The notes under the pieces: model-generated | The model's input: only the letters and a program-made list of their open reading frames with translations | Told to the model about the DNA's origin: nothing | Database searches by the model: none | IMG/VR virus record: IMGVR_UViG_3300022744_000039 | Coordinates: 1 to 50,989 of that record | Length of the DNA stretch: 50,989 nucleotides | Origin: a virus | Reading direction: 5' to 3' (one strand) | Made by a program: the position numbers and the translations under genes | In this document: positions 7,130 through 15,451 of the stretch, one piece after another | Layout of the letters: each line of letters starts with the position of its first letter | How positions within the stretch are numbered: position 1 is the stretch's first letter

Positions 7130-8769
7130 TGGGTAGTAAATTTGTCAGACACATGGCATGTGACCACTGCGGGTCATCCGACGCAAATAGTCTATACGAC
7201 GACGGGCATCAGTACTGTTCGGTTTGCAAACACTATGTACCCTCAAGTGGAGAGAAAAAGCCTGAAACTTCCGGAGAGCGGCGACCTGATCGTCCTTTCA
7301 AGATTCGGGCGGTACCGTCTAGTGGTTTTCAGCCGCTCGAAGACCGATCTCTATCTGCTTCGTCTACACAGAAGTTTGGAGTTTCCAAGCTCCCTGACGG
7401 CGGACATGTCTATCCGTATTTCAATGCGGACGGGCATCACATCGCAAACAAGATACGGCCCGGTGGTCCTAAGTTCTTCTTCTGGGAAGGTGATCACACT
7501 CAGGCAACGCTTTTTGGACAAGCACAGTTTCCGGTTGGCTGTGCTAAGGCTATCACTATTGTCGAAGGTGAATGCGATGCCATGGCTGCCTTCGAGCTTA
7601 CGGGCAGTCGTTGGCCATGCGTATCAGTCCACTCTTCAGCGGCTGCTACAAAGAACGTCGCGGACAACTTCGAATACCTGAATAGTTTCGACAAGATCGT
7701 CATCTGTTTCGACAAGGATGAGGCTAAGGTACGACCTGATGGTACGACCTTCTATCCTGGTCAAGAAGCTGCTCTAGCGGTTGCAGCTATGTTCCCTATT
7801 GGCAAGGCGTTCATCATGACGCTTCGGGAACACAAGGATGCAAATGACTATCTGATCAACAAGAAGCAGACTGAATTTGTCAAAGAGTGGTATCAAGCTC
7901 AACCTTACACGCCTTCCGGGCTCAAGCTCGGTAAGGATATGTGGGACGAGATCAGCACCCCTAAGAACTATGAGACCTGTCCTTATCCGTGGAAAGGGAT
8001 CAACGACAAAACGTATGGCATCCGTCTCAGTGAGCTTGTCATCGTCACCGCAGAGACAGGCGTTGGTAAGACGTCCTTTCTGAAGGAGATTGAACATTAC
8101 ATCCTCAACAATACCGACAAGGGTGTGGGTTTTCTCCATCTCGAAGAACCCAACGCCGACACCGCCTTGGGGCTTATGTCTATTACTGCTAATAAGCCTC
8201 TGCATCTACCTGATGTTCGAGAGAATGTGACGTCCGATGAACTTCGCAATTATTATGATGCTACTGTTAACAGTGATCGTGTGGTCATCTGGGATCACTT
8301 CGGCAGTAATTCTGTACACGAGGTCTTGGCCAAAATCCGCCACATGCATAATCTCGGTTGCAAATATATTGTGCTTGACCATCTTAGCATCGTGGTTAGT
8401 GATCAATCTGGCGACGAACGGAAGCAACTAGATGAAATCTCGACTAAACTCAAGACTCTGTGCATGGAGCTTAACATTAGCGTTATTGCTGTCATCCATC
8501 AGAACCGGCAGGGTCAAATCCGTGGCACAGCCGGGGTTGAGCAACTGGCCAACATTGTGGTCAAACTTTTCCGAGACAAGGAAGACCCGGATGACTGGCG
8601 TCGTAATGTCACCAAAGTCGTCATCCAAAAGAATCGTTTTTCTGGTATTACCGGCCCTGGTGTCTACCTCTGGTACAATCCGGCCACTGGTCGTCTGGTT
8701 GAGCTAACCCCTGATGAAATCAAAAAGTATGAGTCCGGAGCTTCTGTCCCAAGTGAAGAACAGTGGTAG
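7129..8769 (+). CDS. Bifunctional DNA primase/helicase (T7 gp4-like)
   Basis: It has an N-terminal Cys4 zinc finger (CDHCGSSD...CSVCKH), a TOPRIM motif IVEGECDAMA, Walker A TAETGVGKTSF and Walker B YIVLDHLS. Confidence 0.9.
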   Translation: MGSKFVRHMACDHCGSSDANSLYDDGHQYCSVCKHYVPSSGEKKPETSGERRPDRPFKIRAVPSSGFQPLEDRSLSASSTQKFGVSKLPDGGHVYPYFNADGHHIANKIRPGGPKFFFWEGDHTQATLFGQAQFPVGCAKAITIVEGECDAMAAFELTGSRWPCVSVHSSAAATKNVADNFEYLNSFDKIVICFDKDEAKVRPDGTTFYPGQEAALAVAAMFPIGKAFIMTLREHKDANDYLINKKQTEFVKEWYQAQPYTPSGLKLGKDMWDEISTPKNYETCPYPWKGINDKTYGIRLSELVIVTAETGVGKTSFLKEIEHYILNNTDKGVGFLHLEEPNADTALGLMSITANKPLHLPDVRENVTSDELRNYYDATVNSDRVVIWDHFGSNSVHEVLAKIRHMHNLGCKYIVLDHLSIVVSDQSGDERKQLDEISTKLKTLCMELNISVIAVIHQNRQGQIRGTAGVEQLANIVVKLFRDKEDPDDWRRNVTKVVIQKNRFSGITGPGVYLWYNPATGRLVELTPDEIKKYESGASVPSEEQW

Positions 8770-8905
8770 TACACCGCACGAACAGGGATGGCTAGCGTGT
8801 CACCGGGCATGGCCTAAAGGACGAAACCCTTATGATCCTCAAACTGAGGCGATGGAGTTCATTGCTTGGCGTGAGGGTTGGGAACGGAGATATTATAATG
8901 AGTAG
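8753..8905 (+). CDS. Small Rmf/CrpP-like protein (50 aa)
   Basis: EQGWLACHRAWPKGRNPYDPQTEAMEFIAWREGWERRY fits the Rmf pattern G(Y/W)xA...(C/N)PY...W..GW. The start is uncertain (GTG 8753, or ATG 8729/8714 inside the helicase gene). Confidence 0.4.
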   Translation: MKNSGSTPHEQGWLACHRAWPKGRNPYDPQTEAMEFIAWREGWERRYYNE

Positions 8906-9419
8906 GACTTGGGTAATCAGTGACACTCACTTCGGTCACAAAGGGGTGACACAATTCCTTCGTAAAGACGGTTCTAAGCTTCGTCCATGGGATCACCCTG
9001 ATGAAATGGATGAGGCTCTAGTTGCTAATTGGAATTCTGTTGTAGAGCCCCGAGATCGTGTATATCATCTAGGTGATGTGGCTATTAACCGCCGAGCGTT
9101 GCCTATACTGAATCGGCTAAATGGGCGTAAGGTTCTCGTAAAAGGGAATCATGACATCTTCAAACTGTCGGACTACGTGAAGTACTTTGATGATATCAGA
9201 GCCTATGTTGTCGGAAAGTTTGGTCCAGATAAGATGTATGTGATGTCTCATGTTCCTGTGCATGAAAGTCAACTATATCGATTTAACATCAATATTCACG
9301 GACACCTTCATTCAGACACACTAGACGACCCAAGATATATTAATGTATCAGTGGAGCAGATTAACTACACTCCAATTGAACTAACAGAGCTTTGCAAACG
9401 TGTATTTGCTACCGACTAA
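8898..9419 (+). CDS. Metallophosphoesterase (calcineurin-like)
   Basis: MSRTWVISDTHFGH, HLGDV, VKGNHD and IHGHLH motifs. The start is ATG 8898. Confidence 0.8.
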   Translation: MSRTWVISDTHFGHKGVTQFLRKDGSKLRPWDHPDEMDEALVANWNSVVEPRDRVYHLGDVAINRRALPILNRLNGRKVLVKGNHDIFKLSDYVKYFDDIRAYVVGKFGPDKMYVMSHVPVHESQLYRFNINIHGHLHSDTLDDPRYINVSVEQINYTPIELTELCKRVFATD

Positions 9420-11220
9420 CAAACACTGGATTATAGACATTGAAACAGACCCAATTCCAGCCACACTCATTCATTGCATCGTACTCCAAAACGCATCCAC
9501 CCGAGAGCGTCTGGTCTTTGACAACCTTCATCTTGCTGGCTTTGTCCGCTGGCTTGCTGACCATCCTGACATTTATCTAGTAGGTCACAACGCTGTCTCG
9601 TTTGACGTTCCTACTCTCAATCGCCTGCTTGATTTGGGTTTCCCCCTTGATCGTGTTGTGGATACTCTCGTCCTTAGTTACCTATATGATCCTGTCATGC
9701 CTAGGCCTCAAGGATGCAGAAAAGGTCCACACTCCCTAGAAGCTTGGGGTATACGTCTTCGTATGCCTAAAAGGGACTTCCATGATTTCTTTGAGTTCAC
9801 TCCGGAAATGCTCACGTACTGTATTCAGGACGTTAACATTTCTACCGAACTTTATGACCGTCTATCTGCTCGAATGCGTAGTAGAGGATTCAGTGAGAAG
9901 TCTTGCGAGATTGAACACAAGATCAGGATCGTCGTCGATGAACAGGAACGTAACGGCTTTTACTTCAACCGAGGGGACGCTGTTGCGCTGCATTCACGAC
10001 TTGTCGAACGTCAAGAGCAGCTTGCAGCACCTATTAAGGAACTCTTCCCACCTGTCCTCGTCCGACAAAACAGCTATCAATATCGTCCTAAGAAAGATGG
10101 AACCCCTAACTCCCATTATCTCCGACATTGTGAGCAATACCCGAAGATCGAATGGGACGAAGATGGAGAGACATATCACGTTCTAGATTGGCAAGAGTTT
10201 AATATTGGTTCACCACAGCAAAGGGTCAATCGTCTGCTATCTCTCGGATGGCAGCCGCAAAAGTTTACCGAGGCCGGGAACCCCCAAGTCGACGAAGAAA
10301 GCCTTCTGGCGTTCGCTGAAGAGTCGGGACAGGCGGAGGTTAAAGCGATGGCTGAGTGGCTTGTCCTCCAAGGGCGAGCTACCATGGTCCAAGGGTGGGT
10401 CAATAATTGTGGTCCTGACAGCCGAATCCATGGACGTGTGCTCACTTGTGGGGCAGCCACTCGACGGATGACGCATAGTTCTCCGAACACAGCTAACATT
10501 CCGAAGGCGAAAGCGAAGGTACCGTATGGGATTGAATGTCGGCGTCTTTGGACGGTTAGTGACCCGGAGACTAGACGGCTCGTGGGTTATGACGCTGCTG
10601 GATTGGAAATGCGGTGCTTTGCACACTACCTTAACAATCCGAAAGCGTTCGAACTGTACACCACTGGTGACCCGCACCAATTTAACGCCGATCTTCTCGG
10701 TATCGAACGGGACCCCGTTAAGAACGTATTCTACGCTTTCATTTACGGTGCCGCTAACGAGAAGCTTGGCTGGACAGGTAACACTAAATTGGTGGACCCT
10801 AAGGAACAGAAAAACTTTGGAGCATCGATCAGACGTAAACTCATCAAGTACACGCCCGGACTCAAAGAACTCACCGATGCTATCGCAGCAGAAGGGGACT
10901 GGCTTCAAACTATCGACGGAGGATATGTTCGCTGTTTTTCACCGCACGCTCGGATCAACTACAAGCTCCAGAGTGCCGGTGGTATCGTAATGAAACAGGC
11001 TTCCATCTTCATTGAAGAGCGGATCAAAGCCAAAGGATATGATGCACTAAAGGTTAATGACGTACATGACGAATCACAACACGACTGCGATTATCGATGC
11101 GCAGAGGAAGTCGGAAAGCTCAAAGTCCAGGCCCTACAGGATGCCGGAGAAGAACTCGGATTCAGAGTCCCTCTCGATGGCGAGTACAAAATCGGACTCA
11201 ACTGGGCCGAGACACACTAA
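9400..11220 (+). CDS. Family A DNA polymerase with 3'-5' exonuclease domain
   Basis: Exonuclease motifs: ExoI IIDIETD, ExoII LVGHNAVSFDV, ExoIII YCIQDV. Polymerase motifs: A GYDAAGLEMR, B KNVFYAFIYGA, C VNDVHDES. A GTG start at 9400 is needed to include ExoI. Confidence 0.9.
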   Translation: MYLLPTNKHWIIDIETDPIPATLIHCIVLQNASTRERLVFDNLHLAGFVRWLADHPDIYLVGHNAVSFDVPTLNRLLDLGFPLDRVVDTLVLSYLYDPVMPRPQGCRKGPHSLEAWGIRLRMPKRDFHDFFEFTPEMLTYCIQDVNISTELYDRLSARMRSRGFSEKSCEIEHKIRIVVDEQERNGFYFNRGDAVALHSRLVERQEQLAAPIKELFPPVLVRQNSYQYRPKKDGTPNSHYLRHCEQYPKIEWDEDGETYHVLDWQEFNIGSPQQRVNRLLSLGWQPQKFTEAGNPQVDEESLLAFAEESGQAEVKAMAEWLVLQGRATMVQGWVNNCGPDSRIHGRVLTCGAATRRMTHSSPNTANIPKAKAKVPYGIECRRLWTVSDPETRRLVGYDAAGLEMRCFAHYLNNPKAFELYTTGDPHQFNADLLGIERDPVKNVFYAFIYGAANEKLGWTGNTKLVDPKEQKNFGASIRRKLIKYTPGLKELTDAIAAEGDWLQTIDGGYVRCFSPHARINYKLQSAGGIVMKQASIFIEERIKAKGYDALKVNDVHDESQHDCDYRCAEEVGKLKVQALQDAGEELGFRVPLDGEYKIGLNWAETH

Positions 11221-11292
11221 TGGGGATATCCTTCCCTGGTCATCCTAAGGGATATTATACACTGAAATTTGAATTTGTCAAGGAGATAATTC

Positions 11293-11565
11293 ATGTCTGT
11301 AACAGGTGTTAAAGACGGATACCCCGTAACGACTGGACCTAATCGAGCATCAGCGACCCCTGATGCAGACGCTCAAGTCACGTACTACTATGATCTTGGG
11401 ACGACCGATGCAGGTGCTCAGGCCGCAGAGTTTCAAGCTCTGTACGGTGAGTATACTGCATTCAAGGGTATGGGGCCTAAGGCAGCTTATGATGCTGCTC
11501 TCCGGGCTCTTGGTATCAATCCTGCTGATATCTTCGTCTACTACACTGATGACGATCACGGTTGA
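11293..11565 (+). CDS. Hypothetical protein (90 aa)
   Basis: ATG preceded by AAGGAG. Confidence 0.55.
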   Translation: MSVTGVKDGYPVTTGPNRASATPDADAQVTYYYDLGTTDAGAQAAEFQALYGEYTAFKGMGPKAAYDAALRALGINPADIFVYYTDDDHG

Positions 11566-11574
11566 AATTAGTAC

Positions 11575-11603
11575 TTGACATTCGCATCGTCGTATGTCAT
11601 ACT
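11575..11603 (+). promoter_or_regulatory. Sigma70-like promoter upstream of the tRNA pair (TTGACA-N17-CATACT)
   Basis: A perfect -35 sits at 11575..11580, followed by a 17-nt spacer and -10 CATACT at 11598..11603. This is 29 nt upstream of the first tRNA. A small hairpin AGATAG-GGAA-CTATCT lies in the leader. Confidence 0.5.
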
Positions 11604-11631
11604 AATGTTTAGATAGGGAACTATCTAGCTA

Positions 11632-11708
11632 GCCACTCTAGCTCCAATTGGTAGAGCGTCCGTCTTGTAAATGGTTGGTTCTCAGTTCGAATCTGAGGGG
11701 TGGCACCA
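11632..11708 (+). tRNA. tRNA-Thr (anticodon UGU), CCA encoded
   Basis: Hand-folded cloverleaf. Acceptor GCCACTC/GGGTGGC, D arm GCTC-CAATTGGTA-GAGC, anticodon loop CTTGTAA, T arm CTCAG-TTCGAAT-CTGAG, discriminator A, then CCA. Confidence 0.85.
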
Positions 11709-11709
11709 A

Positions 11710-11786
11710 CGCGGGGTAGCTCAGGTGGCAAGAGCACTTGGCTCATAATCAAGAGGTCGTGGGTTCGAAGCCCACCCCCGCAACCA
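11710..11786 (+). tRNA. tRNA-Met (anticodon CAU) with initiator-type acceptor stem, CCA encoded
   Basis: Hand-folded. Acceptor CGCGGGG/CCCCGCA gives a C1xA72 mismatch. D arm GCTC-AGGTGGCAA-GAGC, anticodon arm CTTGG-CTCATAA-TCAAG, T arm GTGGG-TTCGAAG-CCCAC, then ACCA. It lies 1 nt after tRNA-Thr. Confidence 0.8.
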
Positions 11787-11818
11787 AACTAAAACTCAAT
11801 GAGGTAACACTTTTGACT

Positions 11819-12262
11819 ATGATTACCGGGCCGATTTACTGGCCCAAGATTCTTGGCGAACCGCAACCCGGTTACGACAAGCGCATTCGGGAATGGTCCT
11901 TCGACTTTGGTGTCGACAAGAAGACCGAGAAGCAACTCAATGATCTCGGTGTTGGAGACTACATCAAGACCAAGGATGGACACGTCTCTAAGGGTCCGTT
12001 CATGAAGTTCACCCGTCGTGAGAAGCGGGCGGACGGTACCGATGCGACCCCGATTAGTGTTGTCGGGCCTGATGGCAAGCCTTGGCCGCAGGATAAGCGT
12101 ATCGGCAACGGGAGCATCTGTAACGTTAAGATTGCTCTAAACGAAAAGGCAACAGGCGGACTGAAGCCGTCTGTGATCGCCCTCCAAGTATGGGAATACG
12201 TCCCGTATGAGGGTGGTGATGCTTTCCCGACGCGGGAAGCTGGTGGCGAAGAGGCTTGGTAA
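11819..12262 (+). CDS. Single-stranded DNA-binding protein (T7 gp2.5-like)
   Basis: Its size, its position in the replication block and the acidic C-terminal tail ending in an aromatic residue (EAGGEEAW) resemble the gp2.5 family. The track ORF start at 11738 lies inside the tRNA gene. ATG 11819 or TTG 11813 are the likely starts. Confidence 0.6.
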   Translation: MITGPIYWPKILGEPQPGYDKRIREWSFDFGVDKKTEKQLNDLGVGDYIKTKDGHVSKGPFMKFTRREKRADGTDATPISVVGPDGKPWPQDKRIGNGSICNVKIALNEKATGGLKPSVIALQVWEYVPYEGGDAFPTREAGGEEAW

Positions 12263-12471
12263 CGGCCTGATTGCCAAGGGCGCACAGTATATCGTCTGTG
12301 CTTGCAGGGTTCAGCGGATATGGAAGGGGCTGGCCCTGCTCCAATTGTGTCACCGGTTAAGTCTACTCTGTAGGTACCCTATGCAGATAGAAGGTTCCGG
12401 ATGCGGCTCCCGAAAGGGGTAACCGGGCTCCCGTCAGTCTAATAAACGGGGATTAAAGCCGAAAGATTAAA

Positions 12472-12675
12472 ATGCGATTCAAGTTTGTATTTGAACAGAC
12501 GGTCAGTGGTACTGAAATCTGTGAAGCGATCATTGAAGGTGAGACAAAAGAAGAAGTCTTCGAGAAGTTTTACAATCGAGACTTCCGTACATACCTAATT
12601 ATGAAACAGGATTTCGAAAGAGTTCTTAGTCCTGATACCAACCCTAAGGTGGAAATTGTCAGAGAAGTCGATTGA
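12472..12675 (+). CDS. Hypothetical protein (67 aa)
   Basis: ATG-initiated ORF following a 209-nt intergenic region. Confidence 0.5.
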   Translation: MRFKFVFEQTVSGTEICEAIIEGETKEEVFEKFYNRDFRTYLIMKQDFERVLSPDTNPKVEIVREVD

Positions 12676-13516
12676 AACTCTTGTCGATGATATCTATGGT
12701 CTTTTCTCCGGACATGAATGTGATCCGGCAAACGTGGACCAATTTGCAGCTAGCCTTTCTCGCATTGTGTCGGAACGTCTGGCTGAGCACCGTGGAGACG
12801 GTCCTCGTACTCTGCGAATGTCTAATCTTGGTAAGCCTGATCGTCAGCTATGGTATGACATCAATGATCCGGGCGATGCTGAAGAACTATCACCTAGCAC
12901 GCGCATCAAGTTCCTCTTTGGGGACATTCTTGAAGCGCTTCTTCTTTTCCTTGCTCGGGAGGCAGGACACCAAGTAACTCATGAACAACAAGAAGTAGAG
13001 CTTGATGGTATTGTCGGACACACTGACGCCGTAATTGACGACGTTGCTGTAGATGTGAAGTCGGCCTCTACTTATGCATTCGGTAAGTTCAAATCGGGCA
13101 CGCTCCGAGAGAACGATCCGTTTGGCTACATGGAACAGCTAGCCTCCTATGCTACCAGTCTTGGTGGCCGTGAAGGTGCATTCCTAGCCATTGATAAAAC
13201 CCTTGGCAACTTGACACTAATGCGTGTCCCCGCTGAGGAACTGCAAGCCCTGGACATTCGCGGACGAATTGAGCACATCAAAGAAGTCATTGCATCCGAC
13301 CGAATGCCAGACCGCTGCTATCCCGAAGAAGAACACGGGAAGTCGGGTAACATGAAACTCGGCGTTAATTGTTCTTACTGTCCACACAAGTTTAAGTGTT
13401 GGGCAGATGCCAATGACGGCGAAGGTCTTAGAAGCTTTATCTATGCTAATGGACCTGTCTATCTGACTAAAGTAACAAACGAACCGAAAGTGTTCGAGAA
13501 TTTTCCAAGGAAGTAA
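12656..13516 (+). CDS. PD-(D/E)XK nuclease (RecB/Cas4-like) with C-terminal Cys cluster
   Basis: GIVGHTDAVIDDVAVDVKSAS carries a D...D-x-K motif, and the C-terminus has C..., CSYC and KC cysteines. The TTG start follows AAGGTGG by 5 nt. Confidence 0.65.
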   Translation: MSEKSIETLVDDIYGLFSGHECDPANVDQFAASLSRIVSERLAEHRGDGPRTLRMSNLGKPDRQLWYDINDPGDAEELSPSTRIKFLFGDILEALLLFLAREAGHQVTHEQQEVELDGIVGHTDAVIDDVAVDVKSASTYAFGKFKSGTLRENDPFGYMEQLASYATSLGGREGAFLAIDKTLGNLTLMRVPAEELQALDIRGRIEHIKEVIASDRMPDRCYPEEEHGKSGNMKLGVNCSYCPHKFKCWADANDGEGLRSFIYANGPVYLTKVTNEPKVFENFPRK

Positions 13517-13764
13517 TGACTGATATTGTAAATCTTCGGGGTGAAACTGTTAAGACCCCTGTGTACTACGACTATGAAATCACTCTGAAGGATGGCACGG
13601 AGCCCCTTCGAGACTATGGTTTCCTGATCGCTAATGGTGCCTTCTGGGCTATTGGTCGTGGACCGAATGGTGCAGTTGAACTGATGACCGCAGTTCCGTG
13701 GGACGACGTTAAGTATATTAAGTCTGTCGGTGTCCATGAAGAGCGGACAAATACGCTAAACTAA
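13516..13764 (+). CDS. Hypothetical protein (82 aa)
   Basis: Stop/start overlaps on both sides. Confidence 0.5.
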   Translation: MTDIVNLRGETVKTPVYYDYEITLKDGTEPLRDYGFLIANGAFWAIGRGPNGAVELMTAVPWDDVKYIKSVGVHEERTNTLN

Positions 13765-14111
13765 TGGCGTTCAAGAGTGGCTTTGAGCGTACTATTGCGA
13801 CGAATCTAAAGAAGCGCAAGGTAGGCTTTAAGTACGAGTCGTTGAAGGTCCCTTATACGATCAATCACAACTACAATCCAGATTTCATTCTGGACAACGG
13901 AGTGATTATTGAAGCTAAGGGACGCTTCATGAAAGGTGACGCAGCTAAGATGCGAGCCGTTAAGTACCAACATCCTGAGCTAGACATACGATTCTGTTTT
14001 ATGGCAGCTCACGCTAAAATTCCAGGACAAAAGACAACCTATGCCCAATGGGCTGAGCGCCACGGTTTCCCTTGGTGTGAAGGTGAGATTCCTGAGGAAT
14101 GGACTCAATGA
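13764..14111 (+). CDS. Holliday-junction resolvase, T7 endonuclease I (gp3)-like
   Basis: SGFE...FKYESLKVPYTINHNYNPDFILDNGVIIEAKG...KYQHPELDIRFCF...TYAQWAERHGF...IPEEW tracks the T7 gp3 sequence as I recall it. Confidence 0.85.
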   Translation: MAFKSGFERTIATNLKKRKVGFKYESLKVPYTINHNYNPDFILDNGVIIEAKGRFMKGDAAKMRAVKYQHPELDIRFCFMAAHAKIPGQKTTYAQWAERHGFPWCEGEIPEEWTQ

Positions 14112-14863
14112 GTACACATCTAATTATTCCGGATAGTCATGCACACCCGGACTATAACAACCAACGTTTTTCTATGCTCGGGATGCTCATCCACGATCTT
14201 AAGCCCGATGTGGTCGTGGACATCGGAGACTGGTTTGATATGCCCTCTCTGTGCTCCTATGATCGGGGCAAGAAGTCCTTTGAGGGACGCACCTATCGTC
14301 GAGATATCGAAGCGGGCCTTGATGCCCAAGACAGGATGATGCATGAAATCCGTAAGTACAAAAAGAAGCTTCCGCGCTTTGTCCGAACCCTCGGAAATCA
14401 TGAAAACCGTGTTAATCGGGCGGTTGAACTTGATCGTATCTTGGAGGGTACGGTGGGGACAACTGATTTCCTCAGCAAAGAGTACGGCTTCGAAGAGTAC
14501 CCGTTCCTTCAACCTGTAACTATTGACGGTGTAGACTATGCTCACTACTTTGTTACTGGTGTCTCTGGTCGCCCTATTGGTGGTGAGCACCCTGCTTACA
14601 GCCTCCTCACCAAACGCTTTCGATCTAGTACTTGCGGCCATGTTCACACTTTTGATTACTGTATCAGGGCTAGTGGTGCTGGCAAACTTCATAGCTGCGT
14701 TGTAGGCGTTTATCAGGACTATCGCGCAGACTATGCTGGTCCTGCTAATGATATCTGGAATCCCGGTGTAGTAATCAAGCGTGATGTAAGTAATGGGGCA
14801 TATGACATCGAACACATTTCGCTCAAGCGTATCGAAGAAGCATATGGTCGATTTGTCAAGTGA
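14099..14863 (+). CDS. Metallophosphoesterase (second copy of the fold, not a close paralog of 8898..9419)
   Basis: IIPDSHAHPD, DIGDWFD, LGNHENR and CGHVHTF motifs. Confidence 0.75.
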   Translation: MDSMSTHLIIPDSHAHPDYNNQRFSMLGMLIHDLKPDVVVDIGDWFDMPSLCSYDRGKKSFEGRTYRRDIEAGLDAQDRMMHEIRKYKKKLPRFVRTLGNHENRVNRAVELDRILEGTVGTTDFLSKEYGFEEYPFLQPVTIDGVDYAHYFVTGVSGRPIGGEHPAYSLLTKRFRSSTCGHVHTFDYCIRASGAGKLHSCVVGVYQDYRADYAGPANDIWNPGVVIKRDVSNGAYDIEHISLKRIEEAYGRFVK

Positions 14864-15011
14864 GGATCGTGATCTGATTAAAGATCATTATGACATCTAT
14901 GATCTGATCGAACTCCTTGACGTTTCTGTCGAAGAGTTCATCGATGCATTTGATTTCAAAATTCTAGAGTCTGAAGAAATCTTGGAGAAGATCGGATATG
15001 ACACCCGATAA
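14844..15011 (+). CDS. Small acidic hypothetical protein (55 aa)
   Basis: ATG 14844 is the first start compatible with the upstream stop at 14863. Confidence 0.4.
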   Translation: MVDLSSEDRDLIKDHYDIYDLIELLDVSVEEFIDAFDFKILESEEILEKIGYDTR

Positions 15012-15387
15012 CGGCGGCCTTCGATTTAATGATGGTAAACCTGTCTTTAGTCTAATCCCTCCGGAGGCCATGTTTGCTCTCGCTCAGCATTTCACTGTTG
15101 GTGCGACAAAGTACAAGCCTCGTAATTGGGAACGGGGGATGGATTGGGATCACTGTTTTAATGCCATCCAGCGTCACAGTTGGGCTTGGTATAACGGTGA
15201 AGACCATGATCCCGAAACAGGGACGCACCATATGATCTGCGTTGCCTGGAATGCTCTTGCTCTTTTTGTCTATTTTATCCGAGGAATTGGACGTGATAAT
15301 CGACCCCAAGGCTCGTCGAGCACAACGTCGGAAGCGCAATCTGATGGCACGCGAGTTGAATCGACCGATCTACCGCCAACGGATTAA
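14998..15387 (+). CDS. MazZ-like dATP/dGTP diphosphohydrolase-domain protein
   Basis: FSLIPPEAMFALAQHFTVGATKYKPRNWERGMDW...RHSWAWYNGEDHDPETGTHHMICVAWNALALF matches the phage all-alpha NTP pyrophosphohydrolase N-terminal domain. The last ~35 aa are low complexity. Confidence 0.65.
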   Translation: MTPDNGGLRFNDGKPVFSLIPPEAMFALAQHFTVGATKYKPRNWERGMDWDHCFNAIQRHSWAWYNGEDHDPETGTHHMICVAWNALALFVYFIRGIGRDNRPQGSSSTTSEAQSDGTRVESTDLPPTD

Positions 15388-15451
15388 AGATCACAAAGAT
15401 AAGCCGCCGCCCGAAATTCAAGACTGGGAAGACGACGAATGCGAGTACTAG
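15293..15451 (+). CDS. Possible small basic protein (52 aa) with an ArfA-like PxYRQRI motif, overlapping two neighbours
   Basis: GTG 15293 is preceded by GAGGA 7 nt upstream. The product is (M)IIDPKARRAQRRKRNLMARELNRPIYRQRIKDHKDKPPPEIQDWEDDECEY. It overlaps the 3' tail of 14998..15387 in another frame. Confidence 0.3.
   Translation: MIIDPKARRAQRRKRNLMARELNRPIYRQRIKDHKDKPPPEIQDWEDDECEY

Noticed and set aside
12263-12471. 209-nt intergenic region after the SSB gene with small hairpins (GCACAG-N8-CTGTGC; CTCCC-GAAA-GGGG; TCCCGT...ACGGGGA) and a duplicated GGCTCCCG
   Set aside because: The stems are short, no U-run or recognisable riboswitch, tRNA-like or promoter consensus is present, and I could not support a specific call from sequence alone.
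14998-15387. MazZ-like gene as evidence for a diaminopurine (Z-base) genome
   Set aside because: The pathway needs PurZ (an adenylosuccinate synthetase homolog) and usually DatZ. I found no ORF resembling either anywhere in the 50.9 kb. The MazZ-like domain alone is widespread in ordinary phages.
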